Origin: Octopus vulgaris
Lineage: Eukaryota
DNA length: 64,000 nucleotides
Direction: 5' to 3'
NCBI GenBank assembly: GCA_951406725.2
Contig: OX597820.1
Coordinates: 52,514,001 to 52,578,000, forward strand
In this document: one piece after another, positions 63,791 through 64,000 of the stretch
Layout of the letters: the number at the start of each line of letters is the position of its first letter
Numbering within the stretch: the stretch's first letter is position 1
Made by a program: the position numbers and the translations under genes
The notes under the pieces: model-generated
Seen by the model: the letters and a program-made list of their open reading frames with translations, nothing else
The model's database searches: none
What the model was told of the DNA's origin: nothing

Positions 63791-64000
63791 TTTCTTTATC
63801 TTACTCAATGGCATCAAGTCGAGAAAAATTAATGAAAGAATATCCATTGGTACAGAATTACAGAAAAGAGAATATTATTGGAGGAAACACCAGTTACAGT
63901 TTTGATCTTGTTGAATTATATTTCTCAAGAGAGGAGTTAAGTCCCGTTTTTAATCTCAGATCACTTTTCACTGCTGTATGATTCTTGAAATCACCAAGAA

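Overview
AT-rich, microsatellite-saturated animal DNA. The repeat families look like those of an octopus or other coleoid cephalopod (recognised from memory, not checked). I see no convincing host gene; most short ORFs in the track are translated microsatellites. Main contents: (1) An apparently full-length ~4.65-kb APE/RT LINE of the CR1/L2 group on the minus strand (29521-34166). Its RT reading frame stays open 168 codons upstream of the annotated ATG and encodes two CCCH zinc fingers there. A -1 frameshift separates them from an N-terminal Myb/SANT-like ORF. The element sits in a (TA)n-type tract, as does a short 3' fragment of the same family. (2) At least four unrelated repeat families carry minimal type I hammerhead-ribozyme motifs with palindromic stem III. 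One is a tRNA-headed SINE-like element, and one copy of it has a Penelope-style inverted 5' duplication. (3) R4/Dong-type RLE LINE 3' fragments in (AAT)n tracts. (4) A decayed L1/Tx1 LINE, mariner, Tc1 and DD37D remnants, and a probable non-autonomous Helitron. (5) Many tRNA-derived SINEs. (6) A CpG-decayed histone H4 pseudogene. All calls are by eye; no searches were run.
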